Shown here piece after piece: positions 48,790 through 61,440 of a stretch of 64,000 nucleotides of DNA. Where the stretch lies: NCBI RefSeq assembly GCF_902713615.1, contig NC_052152.1, positions 149,718,815 to 149,782,814 of the forward strand, in the 5' to 3' direction. Under the pieces are notes generated by a model. That model made no database searches. It had not been told where the DNA came from and saw only the letters and a list, made by a program, of their open reading frames with translations. Numbering within the stretch: position 1 is the stretch's first letter; each line of letters begins with the position of its first letter. A program made the translations under genes and the position numbers. This DNA is from Scyliorhinus canicula (lineage: Eukaryota).

Positions 48790-49110
48790 AAAATGTGTTC
48801 ACGGGGTGCAGACATCGCTAGCTGGACCAGCATTTACTGCCCATCCTGAAGGACATTTATGAGTTAACCACATTGTTTTGGTCTGGAGTCATAGGTAGGT
48901 CAGATGAGGTGAGGATGACAGATTTCCTTCCATAAAGGGCATTAGTGAACTAGATGTTTTTTTTACGACAATCAACATTGCTTTTATGGTCATCATTAGA
49001 CGATTTTTCTTGAATTCAAATTTCAGCATCTGTTGTGGTGGGAATTGAACCCAGGTCCCTGGAACATTGCCCTGGATCTTTGAATTATTAGCCCAGTAAT
49101 AATCCCTCCC
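48790..49110 (-). mobile_element. tRNA SINE (family C)
   Basis: Homologous to 29072-29405; B box GGTTCAATTCC. Confidence 0.8.
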
Positions 49111-49689
49111 CATTGAATCAGCTACTCTAATTCATACTTCCTGCTTCAAGCTTTGCATTATTAATTTGTGAATGTTTTCAAGCGAATCTCACAACCCATA
49201 AGATGTAGGAGCAGAAGTATGCCATTCGGCCCATCAATTCTGCTCTGCCATTCAATGAGATCATAACCGATCTGATATGATAATTATCAACTCCACTTTT
49301 CCGTTTTACCTCCATAACGCTGGATTTCCTTACTGATTAAAAATGTCTATCTCAGCCTTGAATGTAATTAATGATGCAACATTTCCAGCCATCTGCATGC
49401 TAGCTTTTTTGTGATTTATGCAGGAAGACTCCCAAATCCCACTGTGCTGCAGCTTTCTGCAGTCTTTCCCCATTGAAACAATATTCAACTCCTTTATTCT
49501 TCCTACCAAAGTCCATAACTTCACAGTTTCCTGCATTATATTCCACCTGCCAAGTTTCTGTCCACTCAACTAACCTGTCTATATTCCTCTGTAGACTCTA
49601 TCGTCCTCACCACTTGCCTTCCCACCTATTAATGTGTCATCCACAAACCTGGCAATGTTATATTCACTTGCCTCATTCAAGTCCTGAAC

Positions 49690-50085
49690 ATATGGAGAAG
49701 AATGAGGGGGTGTTCTCATCGAGACTTATAAAATTCTAACAGGACTAGTCAGGATAGATTCAGGGAAGATGTTCACAATTATGGTGTGTCCAGAACCAGG
49801 GGTCACAGCCTGAGGATTCAGGGTGAACCATTTCGGACCGAGATGAGGAGACATTTCTTCACTCAAAGAGTGGTGAGCCTACCACTGAAAGTAGTTGATG
49901 CTAAAACATTGAATATATTCAAGAGACAGCTCGATATAGCACATAGGGTGAATGGGATCAAAGGCTACGGGAAGAAAGTAGGATTAGGCTACTGAGTTGG
50001 ATGATCAGCCATGATCGTGATAAATGGAAGAGCGGGCTCAAAGGGCCAAAAGGCCTCCTCCTGCAACTATCTTCTATGTATCTAT
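49690..50085 (+). mobile_element. CR1 3' fragment
   Basis: SRTRGHSLRI..FFTQRVV and a tail ending TTCTATGTATCTATG. Confidence 0.85.
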
Positions 50086-50203
50086 GTATATATCGTAAAT
50101 AATTGTGGCCCCAACACTGATCCCTGTGACACTCCACTAGTTACAGGTTGCCATCCTGAAAATGTCCCTCTTATCCCAAATCTCTGCCTTCTATTAGTTG
50201 GCC

Positions 50204-51615
50204 CATGGTTTCCCAAACTTCTCACATCGCGGAATCCCAAGTGACCTCCCAAGTGCATTGGGGAACCCCAAGCATTTTCAGAATGTTGACGCCCTTTTTT
50301 GCCATGAAATACATGTGAACACAGAAATCAAACGTAATCAAGTCTTTTCTAGCACACATACTGTAGCCACCTGGGTTGGCCACTTCCTCACACAAAATGG
50401 AAGAACGCAAAGGTTACAGGGAAAAATGGACATTGGCAAAGAGACAAGCAGTTGGCAGAATCCCCTGTATTCTAGCTGCTAAAGAAACCAGACAGCATTG
50501 TAACTAACGAGCTGCGCATATTAAGTGAGCGATTCACGGTGATTCCCAGGCACAATGGACACAACAGTTAACTGCAATCGCTACATTCTATGGAAGGTCA
50601 GACATCCCGGCGCCAGTGGAGTCTGAAACAAAGGACACAAATGAGGTGGAAGGAACCACCCAGTGATCGAGGAACAGCCCCGTTATTGGGGAAATTCAAA
50701 TCAATCGATTGGGAAGAGACCCAATCGATTGCAGGTTTAGAGAGGGTCCGCCCAGAAGGAAGCGAAACCCCTGGGACCTATAAAAGTCAGGTCCCAGGAC
50801 TGATTCTTTCTTCTTGACCAACTGGCCCTCCCAGCAGAACACCTTTGCAGCAGAAGACCTTGAGAAGGAGAGGCCTGGTCAGCAGCCGCCATCAAGTAAG
50901 TGTCATACAACGCACGCTATGAGAGTAGACACTCCTGACCCCTTTAGTCCACACCAACTGGAAGCCTGCGGATCCAGGAGAAAGCAAGAGGCCATTGTTC
51001 CCTGATCCGGCAGTTCCCTCATTCCAGATAAGTATTGGTCTGTTAGTGGTAGGAATAGCCTAGTCTTTTAGTGTTATATGCATGAGTAGTAAATAACTGT
51101 GTTATAATAAACGTGTCTTGTTTTGAACTTACTAACTGGTATATTGAGTCATTGGTCTGAACTTGAACTTGAATCTTGTGGCGGTATCATAACGATACCT
51201 GCCGACTCTAGAGCTAAGGAATAAAACAGAGCCAAATTGACTGCAAAGCACACTCACCCAGAACGAGCAACAATACAGAAACAGGTGTCTATATCTCGCT
51301 CACGCACACAAATGTCCCCCCCCCCTCTCTCATGCACAAACGTCTTATTTTCTCTCATAAACACACAAGAGCAGGCTGGACGACCTTTTGCTCCGAGGCA
51401 AGCATCGGCCAACCGTCTGCTCCAAGGCCCATGCGGGACAGCACCCCCACCACTCCGCGGCTTGCTCTGGACCCCTCTCACACCATGTTCCGTTCCAAGG
51501 CCCTCTTTCTCCATCACACTGCTGTCCATGCTCATCGAAAAGAAGCCAGCCTCTGATTGGACATGCAGCTCTGCAGCATTTTTCAAATGTGCCTGTCATG
51601 TCACGGTCTCCCTGG
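50204..51615. mobile_element. Second hAT non-autonomous copy, split by a solo LTR
   Basis: 50204-50355 aligns to 46797-46950, and 51535-51610 aligns to 47710-47780. Confidence 0.75.
50362..51272 (+). mobile_element. Long solo LTR (911 bp; Gypsy or ERV)
   Basis: TG...CA ends with 4-bp TSD ATAC (50358-50361, 51273-51276). TATAAAA at ~50780; AATAAA at ~51106 and ~51220. Confidence 0.88.
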
Positions 51616-53288
51616 AAGAATGATGTCCCAATGCAGACGATGATTGGAGGGATAGATGATGCCCGATGTCAGTAACAAAGATGGGTGTAACGATGCACCT
51701 ATGCTGGTGATGATGGGGCTGGAGGTCAGGTCTCCCTGATGCCTGCATTATGTGGGGGACGGGTGACCTGAACATTGAGCTATGGGGGGACTGCTGCCTC
51801 TCTATCCTCTCGGACTGGGAGTTGTCCCCTTGTCTTCCGGGGGTCCCGATGCCTGTGTGTTGGGAAGGGGGCTTTCTTTCAACTAGGAGATCGGGATGCC
51901 CTTTCCGCTCTCTGTGGAGCTGGGCCCCGCCATGAAAGAATGATGGCACAACACATGCCCCCCTGCTTTATTTTGACAAAGTATCAGAAGTTCGGAGAGA
52001 AACACATCAGTTTGCAGTCAGAACCTGACACTTTGCCATTTTGCAGGAAAATTCCCAGTGTAAATACACACAGTTCATTTATTTCCTCTCCCTCCTTTTG
52101 GCCATTGGTTATTTAGTATTTTTTGGAATGTTAACAGTATCTTCGATTGTGAAGACTGATGCAAAGTATTTAATCAACTATTTCCTGGATTTCCATTGTT
52201 ATTTCTCCAATCTCATTCTCTAAGGAGCCTATGTTCACTTTTGTCTTTCTCTTTCTTTTAATTTGTTTAAATAAGCTCTTACTGCCCATTTGTCTATTAT
52301 TTTCTAACTTACATTCATAGCTTATGTTCTCCCTCTTTATTTTTTTGGTCATCTTTCGTTGGTTTTTAAAACTTTCCAAATCCTCCAGTTTACAACTAAC
52401 CTTTACGATTGTGCATGTTTTTTCTTTCAGTTTAATACTATCCTGAACTTCCTTGGTTATCCTCTTCCTTAAATTCTTGTTCCTCACTGGGCTATATCTT
52501 TATTATGAACCATGAACTATTTTCATAAATGTCTGAGATTGCTGATTCACCGTCTTTTCTGCTTTCCCAATCCAATCCAGCAAATATTTCCCTCATTCCC
52601 TTGTAATTATCCTTATTTAAGTTTAACACTCTTATTCTGACCCAAGTTTCTCATTCTCAAACTGAATGCTAAATTCTACCGTGCTATGGTCACTGTTTCC
52701 TTGGGAATCTTTTATCAGCGATTGCTCATTTAACCTGCCTCGTTACACATTGCCATACCCAAAATAACCTGATCCCTGGTTGGATCCAAAATAAATTGTT
52801 CTAGAAAACTGTCCCGAATATACTTTATGAATTCTTCCTCATGGCTATCTCTGCCAATTTGATTTTCCCAATCCAGATGAAGATTAACATCAGCCATGAT
52901 TAATGTACTGTCTTTTTACATGCCCTCATTATCTCCTGATTTAGTCTCCATCCTACTGTATAGGTAATGTTAGCGAGCCTATAGACTACTCCCACCAATG
53001 TTTTCTTCCCCTTTTTGCACAGTAGCACAGTGGTTGGCACTGTTGCTTCACAGCGCCAGGGACCTGGGTTTGATTCCCAGCTTGGGTCACTTTCTGTGCA
53101 GAGTCTGCACATTTTCCCCTTGTCTGCACGGGTTTCCTCTGGGTGCTCTGGTTTCCTCCCACAAGTCATGAAATATGTGCTTATTAGGTGAATTGGATAT
53201 TCTGAATTTTCTCTCCGTGTACCTGAACAGGAGCCATAATGAGACGACTAGGGGATTTTCACAGTCACTTCATTACAGTGTTAATGTA

Positions 53289-53487
53289 CAGTAAGAAGTC
53301 TTATAACACCAGGTTAAAATCCAACAGGTTTGTTTCAAATCACTAGCTTTCGGAGAACTGCTCCTTCCTCAGGTGAAGGAGCAGTGCTCCGAAAGCTAGT
53401 GATTTGAAACAAACCTGTTGGACTTTAACCTGGTGTTGTAAGAGTTCTTACTGTGCTCGCTTCAGTCCAACGCCGGCATCACCACAT
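53289..53487. mobile_element. Penelope-like element terminal remnant forming a palindrome
   Basis: ~80-bp inverted arms (53288-53367, 53375-53454) and 13-bp TSD CAGTGTTAATGTA (53276-53288, 53488-53500). Confidence 0.85.
53340..53376 (-). ncRNA. Minimal type I hammerhead ribozyme motif
   Basis: UCAC-CUGAGGA-A-GGAG(CAGUU)CUCC-GAAA-GC-UA-GUGA: core boxes, stems I and II, palindromic AGCU stem III. Confidence 0.75.
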
Positions 53488-56165
53488 CAGTGTTAATGTA
53501 AGCCTACTTGTGACACTAATAAAGATTATTAATATTTCTTAAGTCCACCCATGAGGATTCTACATCTTTCCATCCAAGACAATTTCTTGCTATTGAATTT
53601 ATTCCATCTCATACTAATAAAGCTACCCCATCACCTTTTCCTTCCTGCCTATCCTTATGAAAATTCACATACCCTTGAATATTTAGATCCTAGCTTTGAC
53701 CTCTTTATAACCAAATCTCTGTAATGTCCATAAGATCACAGCCATTAACCTCAATTTGTTAATTCATTTATTTTGTGCCAACTAAAACTTGCATTTAAGT
53801 AGAGATCCATTCATTTTGTCTTTTTTTTAACAATTATTCCTATTTGGCCCTATTGGCTGCTGTTTTTCTTTCATATTTGTACACTTTGTCCCTTCCTCTC
53901 ACACTCTGGGTATCGTTACTGAGATAGTATCTTATGATCTAATTGATTAAGGAGATGTACATGTACTGGACATGTTTACTGAGATCCCAGATGCCCTTTA
54001 GAGGGATCACATTGTTTCCATTACCCACACGTAAGAATTGGCAGGGGAAACCTCATGGGCAAAGGCAATTCGGTAGTAAATTCTGGCCTAATGACCATTC
54101 AGTCTGTCTCTACTTCCTCACCAAGCAAACTTGAGTTTTTATGAATCCACTGCAACGTTAATGTAAATACATGTGGTAGTTACCAGGACAACATAGTGTA
54201 CTCTGTAGAAATTGGATCTTTTCAAACTAAATAGCTATGCAATTCCCATACGTATGTTGTGGGTGATAATGATGACCAAAACTCATGTTACTGTCAATGC
54301 TAGAAAAATAGAGCTTGATGCAGTAATGGCTTTGAGAGTTATTACTGCCAGATGGCTGAACATTGAGTATTATTAAATGATATTTGGAGGATGATACTTC
54401 AGCAACTAATGTGAGGCGGGTGCAAGTGTTGGGAGATATTTCAAAATCAGCTTTTCACAGTATAGCTTTGAAGAAACTGAAGAGCTTTTAGAATTTACAA
54501 ATTATCAATCAAAGACAAGTAGGCAGATCGGAATAATTGGAAGCGGAAACTGTAGCACGAGCAAAGTTAAAGCAGAGTGTCACAACCAGCATTGCGATTA
54601 AACATATTTCGAACATTAAAGAGCATTTCAACCCTGAAAGCGGATGGGAAATTACCTATGTAATACGAAAGATAGCGAAAAGTATGAAGAAGACAGATTC
54701 AAAACATCATTTCAAGTTAAATTGGGTGAGTGTGAAGAAGAGGAAATTAGCTTAAATCTGCAACTACCTATGAGGTTCTGAGAGAGTTCGTTCTCTCAGA
54801 AGAATTTAAGAATTCACTGCTTTTTGTGATAAGAACCCACGATGAAGACCAAAGGATTGTGGCTGCTGAACAAGCAGCAATAATGGCTGATGATTATGAG
54901 CTGGGGGGGGAGTTTTACAAAATATTTGTGACGGAACCGGAGCCACCTCTATTGGATATATTTAACAATTCATTGTCTCGGGGGTACTGCCGGCCACATT
55001 TCCTTAATTCTGAAGCAGGATAAAGATCCCATGGAGTGTGGGTCACATCAGCTCATCTCCCTGTTGAGTGCCAACAAAATCCATTGGCGAAGGTGTTGGC
55101 CATTCATTTGGAGAAGTACCTGCCGGAGGCAATTTCCAAGGATCAGACGGGATTTGTTACAGGCCAGCAATTGTCAGCCAACATTAGGAGACTCCTGAAT
55201 GTGGTGCTGTCACCTTCGATGTGGGCTGAGCCAGAGGTAATCATCTCCATGGATACAAATAAAGGGTTTGATCATGTGGAGTAAGGGTAGCTTTTTGAGG
55301 TGCTGTGGTGGTTTGGCTTTGGATTTAGATTCATTTAATGGATTAGACTGTAGTACAGAGCCACCACTGGAAGCATTTGCACCAATGCATCAAGTTCAGG
55401 GTACTTTCCATTGTATAGGGGTACAAGGCATGGATGCCCACTTTCCCTGTCACTTTTTGCTTTGGCGATTGAGACATTGGCTATCCCACTTAGGCTGTTG
55501 ACCAGCTGGAAAGGTATAGAGAGGGGAGGTAGAGAGCATCAGGTGTCCCTTTATGTGGATGACTTACTGTTGTATATCATGGACCCTCTTTCTAATGTGG
55601 AAAAGATGATGGAGGTGCTAAGAAAGTTTGGTTCCTTTTCAGGATATAGATGAATGTGGGCAAGAGTAAGGTTTTTTGGGTGAACCCTCTGGAGAAGAGA
55701 GCTGATCTAGAGAGACTGCCGTTTCGACTGGCCAGGACTAGTTCTATGTACCTACGAGTGGGTCATAATTGGGCCTTGCTGCACAAGATGAACCTGACCA
55801 GTCTGGTAGAGAGCATGAAGGCGAATTTGAAAAGATGGGATGCTTTTCCGTTACTATTGGCGGGAAGGGTCCAAATGGTTAAAGTAAACGTCCATCAAAG
55901 GTTCTTGTTTGTACTTCAGAGTATTCCAATCTTTCTTGCAAAGGCATTTTTGGCAGGATTAACAATCTGATCTCAATCTTTGTGTGGGCAGGTAAGACCC
56001 TCCCGCCCCACTCCCCGTTCAGAGGGCGTTCCAAAGAGAGATAGTCAGTTGGTGGGGGTGGGGGGGGGGGGGTTGACATTACCTAATCTGATGAATTATT
56101 ACTGGGCGGCGAACATTGAGAAAGTGTGGGCTGGCTCGTGGATGTGGAGTCGGTTTGGGAGCAGA

Positions 56166-56354
56166 GGGGCTGGTTTAGCACAGTGGGCTAAATAGCTGGC
56201 TTTTAAAGCAGACCAAGGAAGGCCAGCAGCGCGAGTACAATTCCCGTACCAGCCTCCCCGAACAGGCGCCAGAATGTGGCGACTATGGGCTTTTCATAGT
56301 AACTTAATATAAAGCCTACTTGTGACAATAAGCAATTTTCATTCATTTCATTCA
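56166..56354 (+). mobile_element. Short tRNA SINE (family B) in L1
   Basis: Homologous to 655-832; (CATT/CATTT) tail. Confidence 0.88.
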
Positions 56355-56837
56355 GATGAGGGAGGCTTCTTGTACAGGGTTGAATTTGAGGACACTGGTG
56401 GCTGCTCCTGTTCTGTTCTTACTGGTCAGGTCCTCTATGAGCCCAGTGGTAAAGCTTCTCTCAGAACATAGAACCAATTTAGACAGCTTTAAGCTGGAAT
56501 CTAAGTCATTAAATGTGTCAATCTGTAGGAACCATAAATTTATTCTGGAGGGAAACAACTTGTTACATAGGATCTAGGAGAGGGAGGAGGTAGAGAGTTT
56601 TCGAGATTTGCCCGTGGAGGGTAGGTTGCTGGCTGGAGGAACTGGCGGAGAAGTTTCAGCTTCTGGGGGCACGCGAGGATGGGTTTAGATATCTACAGGT
56701 ACTGAACCTGGTTCGGAAGGAACTATCTACATTTCCTATATTACCCCCCCCCCCTTCTTTGAAGGATAAGGTGGTGTCCTTTGATGAGATAGGGGAAGGG
56801 AGGATATCTTTTTTTAAATCCCTGTTGAGGTCTAGGT

Positions 56838-57135
56838 AATAATAATAGTAGTAATCTTTATTGTCACAAATAGGCTTACATTAACACTGTAATGAAGTTA
56901 CTGTGAAAATCCCCTCGTCACCACAGTCCAGCGTTTGTTTGGGTTCACTGAGGGGGAGTTCAGAACGTCCAATTCACCTAACAAGCACGTCTTTCGTGAC
57001 TTGTGGGAGGAAACTGGAGCTCCTGGAGGAAACCCATGCAGACACAGAGAGAACATGCAGACTCCACACAGACAGTGACCCAATCCGGAAATCGAACCTG
57101 GGACCCCGGCTCTGTGAAGCAACAGTGCTAACCAC
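56838..57135 (-). mobile_element. HE1/V-SINE-like SINE (tail type 3) in L1
   Basis: Homologous to 20595-20907. Confidence 0.88.
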
Positions 57136-57499
57136 CGGTGTTGCCTCGGGCGACGGCACGGCTGAGGGACCTGGTGTTTATGAACTTGGAAAAATCAAAT
57201 ACATCATTAAAATGTCGGAGGAGGGGTTCTATTCAATGCTGTTTATTTCTTTCTTTAAAGAACTGGTAGTCATCAGCAAATGAGGGGGGAGGGTGTTGGG
57301 TAGGTGAGGGGGAGGGAGAGATGGGATGTGGTGTTTGGATAAACGAGAGAAATAGGTGATTGGTTGGTGGAGATATCTTTCTAAAAGTTGCATAAAGTTG
57401 ATTGTCTTTTTTGTGTGTTGTAAAATTGAAAATTTCCTGAATAAAAATATTTAAAAAAAAATTAAAATCAACCACAAACACAGGGAGCTTTGGTGACAG

Positions 57500-57922
57500 A
57501 TCATCGGACTCTCAAAACCACTATGAATATCTAAGACATTGGGAGAAGGGATTGGATTTTTTACTATTTGTCACCAGAAATTCTGTGGACAAACCTATAC
57601 TGGGTTCATCCCATTCGAATTAGTTTATGGCCATGAAATACAAGCTCCATTAAAATTGGTGAAAGAGAAGTTTTCTAAAACAACAGAATTAATGAATTAC
57701 GTGTCCACATTTCTGAAAAGACTCACCGGACCTGGTCAGGTAGCCCAAGAATATTTAAAGGTTTCAGGAGCAAGACTCAAAATGTGGGCAGACAATCATG
57801 CTAGGTCCAGAAGCTTCCAGATTGGAGATGAGGTACTAGTATTGTTGCCATTGCAGGATGAACCATTGAAAGCAAAATTCAGCATCCCTGATAAGATTGT
57901 TAGGAGAGTAAGAATATCCTGA
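57500..57922 (+). pseudogene. Gypsy integrase C-terminal fragment
   Basis: TGFIPFELVYG..RSFQIGDEVLVLLP..PLKAKFS.P (GPY/F-like region). Confidence 0.75.
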
Positions 57923-58683
57923 CTGGAACTTCAACTCTGATCTGTCATGCCTCTTTGCAGAGCAGGTTTGTCCATTTCCATTGCAGGTGGAAAGCCCTCA
58001 TTTGTCAGACCAGCCAACTATTAAGACGGTCACAAAGATTCCTCCAGTGAAGGATAGATAAGAAATCAACCAACAACCAGGTGATCCTTAACCTCTGGTT
58101 CCGATGATCATTGATGAGGCCAACACAGTGACCACAGAGCAAACATTGCAACTCCCAGCCAGCGTGACAGTGCCCACAGGCAATTCTGGTGCTCAGTAGC
58201 ACCTGTTCTTTGTTGCCCGCACACCACACAGGCAAACACAAATATCAGCTTAGTAAAAATAAAACTCATCCTCATAACAGACAAGGCCATCCTCCATCAC
58301 AGAGAACATCTCAGGGATCCGCACGATGAAAGAAGAGGGAAAAATGACATGGAGAGAGATACAACTTTTGTTCACCCTGCAAGAAGCAGGAATGAAGCAA
58401 CAACCACCTTTCGCCACAACTGCCAAATTGACAAAGAGCAGCACTGAGTCAAAGGATGGAAAAAGAGGGTTAGAAGATTTGCAGATGCCAGAACAAGTTC
58501 CAAATCAGCAGAAATACTTGCCACATATTGGTCTAATGTGGGACTGAGTACAATACAGCCCGCACGCAGGGGCCAACCTAATGCTGGGCAGTGCCATGTG
58601 CACCAGCAAGTATGGAGATTGATTAGAGCTTGATCACTTTATTGTATACATGTATGTAGTTCTTATAGTTAATAAAAACATAA

Positions 58684-59040
58684 GGGGTGGGATTCTCTGT
58701 CGGCCGACGCCATAATCGAGAAAGGCGATTGGATGTGAGGCCAAAATCGTGGTTGGCAAAGGGCGTTCGCCAGCATGTCATGCTCCAGTGCCTCAACAGC
58801 GGTGTCAATGCGTTCCACTCCGCAAGTACAGCAAACGCCTTTGGCATATCATTAGCGGGGCCTTCTTGATGCTCCGCCTCCACCAGGAACAATTACTGAT
58901 AGCGAGGTTCACTTGTGATTTCAAAAATCGTCAAACAGACACCGTGGCTGCTGAGGGACAGAAAGGAGGTATGGAAAGTGTCGGACATTTCCATAGTGTA
59001 CTGACAGTTGTGCCTGTGGCTGGGGTGCTTCTGCAGTTCC

Positions 59041-59071
<31 letters not shown>

Positions 59072-59710
59072 TAGCGGGGTGCGGAACACCATCGCCGTAG
59101 CCTGCAAGGTAGCTATGCAGCTGCGCATGCCGCTAATTGCCCACTGTGAACTCAGTGCCACCGGTCGTATGGCTGCCTCTCCAGGCCGACCCCGAGATAC
59201 CCTCTGGCCCAAGCCAACCCATAAACAGGATGGGCGTGCTCCAGAACTACCAGTGCCATCTTGTTGGCTGGGATGAGTGTGTGTGGGGAGTGAAGTGTTA
59301 ATATGCGGCTACAGCTTCTCAGTCTCTCGAATGTCAATCCCGGCCCTGGTGACTCCGACACCGTGTTTCATAGGAACCGATTGTGTTCCACTTGGCATCG
59401 GTGCTAGCCCATTAACGGTTGATGAATTGCTTTGGAGACGGGGCCAATTTTGAAGTTGTAGTACACCACCGATTCACTCCTGGCTTCAACACTTAGGCCG
59501 GCGCCATGTTGTACGGGGCGACCTCTACAAGTCGCCAGTGTGCGCATGCGCAGCCACGGACCTGGCAATTCTCCAGCGGTTTCTGTCGGGAACGCCGGGT
59601 TTTTACTGCATCCACTGGGTGGAGCATCGGTGCTGGGGCGCCGCCGACTTTTTTGTCATAAGACGAGACGCATGCTCTGGACATAGCCTCAAAATCGGAG
59701 AATACAGCCT
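58684..59710. mobile_element. Internally deleted Harbinger derivative joined to a MITE end
   Basis: TIR GGGGTGGGATTCTC. 59255-59495 matches the Myb start and promoter at 18700-18940. 59496-59710 is the reverse complement of the 22236-type MITE end. Confidence 0.75.
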
Positions 59711-60320
59711 TTCTGAAATGGAGAATTTCGCCACCAGTCTACTACATAAGGCTACAAAAACTTCATTAAGACCTACCAAATGGTATCCAAAGCTCTACAG
59801 TAGCCTCTAGACAGTAAACATTAATCAATGCCTCCATACCCAGTATACACAGCATGTGGAGCAACATTCCAGAATCAAGTGGCTCCTGATTGCTCAATAG
59901 CCTGCTTTAAAGCTGCAAAGCCTTTTGCGTTGAAAATAAATAGACTCCCTCTGGCTGAAAGCCAATTCTCCTTTTTCTGGTATTAATGTGACAGGTTTGG
60001 AAAGAGGGAGATCCAAAATAGCAAGATTCACTTGGGATACAAAATTTGATTTTGAAAAGAATCAACAAATGTATTTTTATTAAGAAAAATTCTTATATTT
60101 TCTGAAGACCTTGAGGGCGGGATTCTCCGACCCCCCGCCAGGTCGGAGAATCGCCGGGGGTCGGTGTGAATCCCGCCCCCGCCGTCTACCGAATTCTCCG
60201 ACCCCCCAAATTCTGGCCCCGCGTGAATCGCGCCGCCTGCTTCAGAGAATTGCGGGGACAGGCGCGATGCTATGGGCCCCGGGGCTGCCCTAAGTCCTGC
60301 CGACGTGACCACGGGTCACG

Positions 60321-60378
60321 CCTATATAAAGGCGTCAACCAGTACTGAAGGTTGACGATTGACAGCGCGGAGGTAGGT
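60321..60378 (+). promoter_or_regulatory. Putative transposase promoter: TATA box, short leader exon, splice donor
   Basis: CCTATATAAAGG at 60321-60332 in CpG-rich subterminal DNA; GAG|GTAGGT at ~60372. Confidence 0.45.
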
Positions 60379-60434
60379 CACGGCGTGGGGTGGCTGCAGG
60401 AGATGTGACGGCGCGACTGCAGTCAGTTTGGAAG

Positions 60435-61033
60435 GAGGGGTGTGTATGTGGAGGAGGGCGTGTGAGGGGGGTGTGTGAGGGGGGGAGTGTGAAGGGGGGG
60501 TGTGAGGGGGGTGTGAGGGGGGAGTGAGGGAGGTGTGAGTGGGGTGTGAGGGGTGGGTGTGAGGGGGGTGTGAGGGGGTGTGTGGAGTGGGTTTGAGAGG
60601 TGTTGAGGCGTGCGCGAGTGCCGGGGAGGCGAGGGTGAGTATCGGGGATGCGAATGTGAGTATCAGGGTGGGGAGGCGAGTGCCGGGGTGAGGGGGCAAA
60701 TGCCAGGGAGAGGAGGGCGAGTGCCGGGGAGGGGAGGGCGAGTGTCGGGGAAGCGAGGGTGAGTATCAGGGTGTGGAGGCGAGTGCCGGGGTGAGGGGGC
60801 AAGTACCAGGGAGAGGAGGGCGAGTGCCGGAGAGGGGAGGGCGAGTGTCGGGAGGTGAGGGTGAGTATCGGGGTGGGGAGGCGAGTGCCGGGGTGAGGGC
60901 GCGAGTGCCAGGGAGAGGAGGGCGAGTGCCGGAGAGGGGAGGGCAAGTGCTGGGGTGAGGGGGCGAGTGCAGGGGAGGGGAGGGAGGGCGAGTGCCGGGG
61001 TGAGGGGGTGAATGCCGGGGAGGGGAGGGGGGG
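60435..61033 (+). repeat. G-rich tandem repeats: (GTGTGAGGGG)n, then ~18-20-bp GGCGAGTGCCGGGG(T/A)GAGG units
   Basis: Directly visible; abuts the N gap. Confidence 0.9.
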
Positions 61034-61133
61034 NNNNNNNNNNNNNNNNNNNNNNNNNNNNNNNNNNNNNNNNNNNNNNNNNNNNNNNNNNNNNNNNNNN
61101 NNNNNNNNNNNNNNNNNNNNNNNNNNNNNNNNN
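61034..61133. other. Assembly gap (100 N)
   Basis: Run of N. Confidence 1.
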
Positions 61134-61440
61134 GTAATAGGCGCTTTGGCTGCTAAAAATGCGTTGCTCTGGAGGGGCTCTCCAATACCCGCCAGATAGG
61201 GTCGGCCGCATCATTGTGGTGTGCTGTGTCCTGCACAACATAGCTGAGCAGAGGGGTGATGTGCGCAGGTAGAGGAGGGGGGAGTGGAGGAGCAGCAGGA
61301 AGAGGCGCAGACCTCCCCAGATGAGGGGATGGGGGCAATGGTCAGGACAGACGGGCTGGACATGGGCTGGAGGCTGCCCACCATTTCTGGCTGGGCCAGC
61401 GGGCACGGGACAGGCTGATAGCGGCCCGGTTCACTGACTA
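61134..61440 (+). pseudogene. Harbinger transposase C-terminus
   Basis: SGGALQYPPDRVGRIIVVCCVLHNIA. Confidence 0.88.

Larger units (their letters stand above)
53018..53532 (+). mobile_element. HE1/V-SINE-like SINE (tail type 3), interrupted
   Basis: Head and core as in other copies; the tail is split by 53289-53487. Confidence 0.88.
49197..53930 (-). mobile_element. Fragmented CR1 LINE (49197-49680, 50086-50200, 52100-53930) hosting nested elements
   Basis: CR1 tail at 49197. RT and endonuclease remnants (KSLFKQIKRKR..VNIGSL; TLVGVVYR). Confidence 0.75.
54880..57461 (+). mobile_element. Decayed 5'-truncated L1-clade LINE
   Basis: DQTGFV, SMDTNKGFDHVE, RGTRHGCPLS, SLYVDD and GGLTLPN..YYWA motifs. 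AATAAA plus A-tail at 57440-57461. Confidence 0.9.

Noticed and set aside
58000-58620. Possible RTE-type LINE 3' remnant (KYLPHIGL)
   Set aside because: Similarity too weak to support by eye.
60322-61406. Long Pro/His-rich ORFs; the spaced repeats superficially resemble a CRISPR array
   Set aside because: These are tandem minisatellites with no unique spacers, in eukaryotic DNA with no cas genes. One ORF reads through the N gap.
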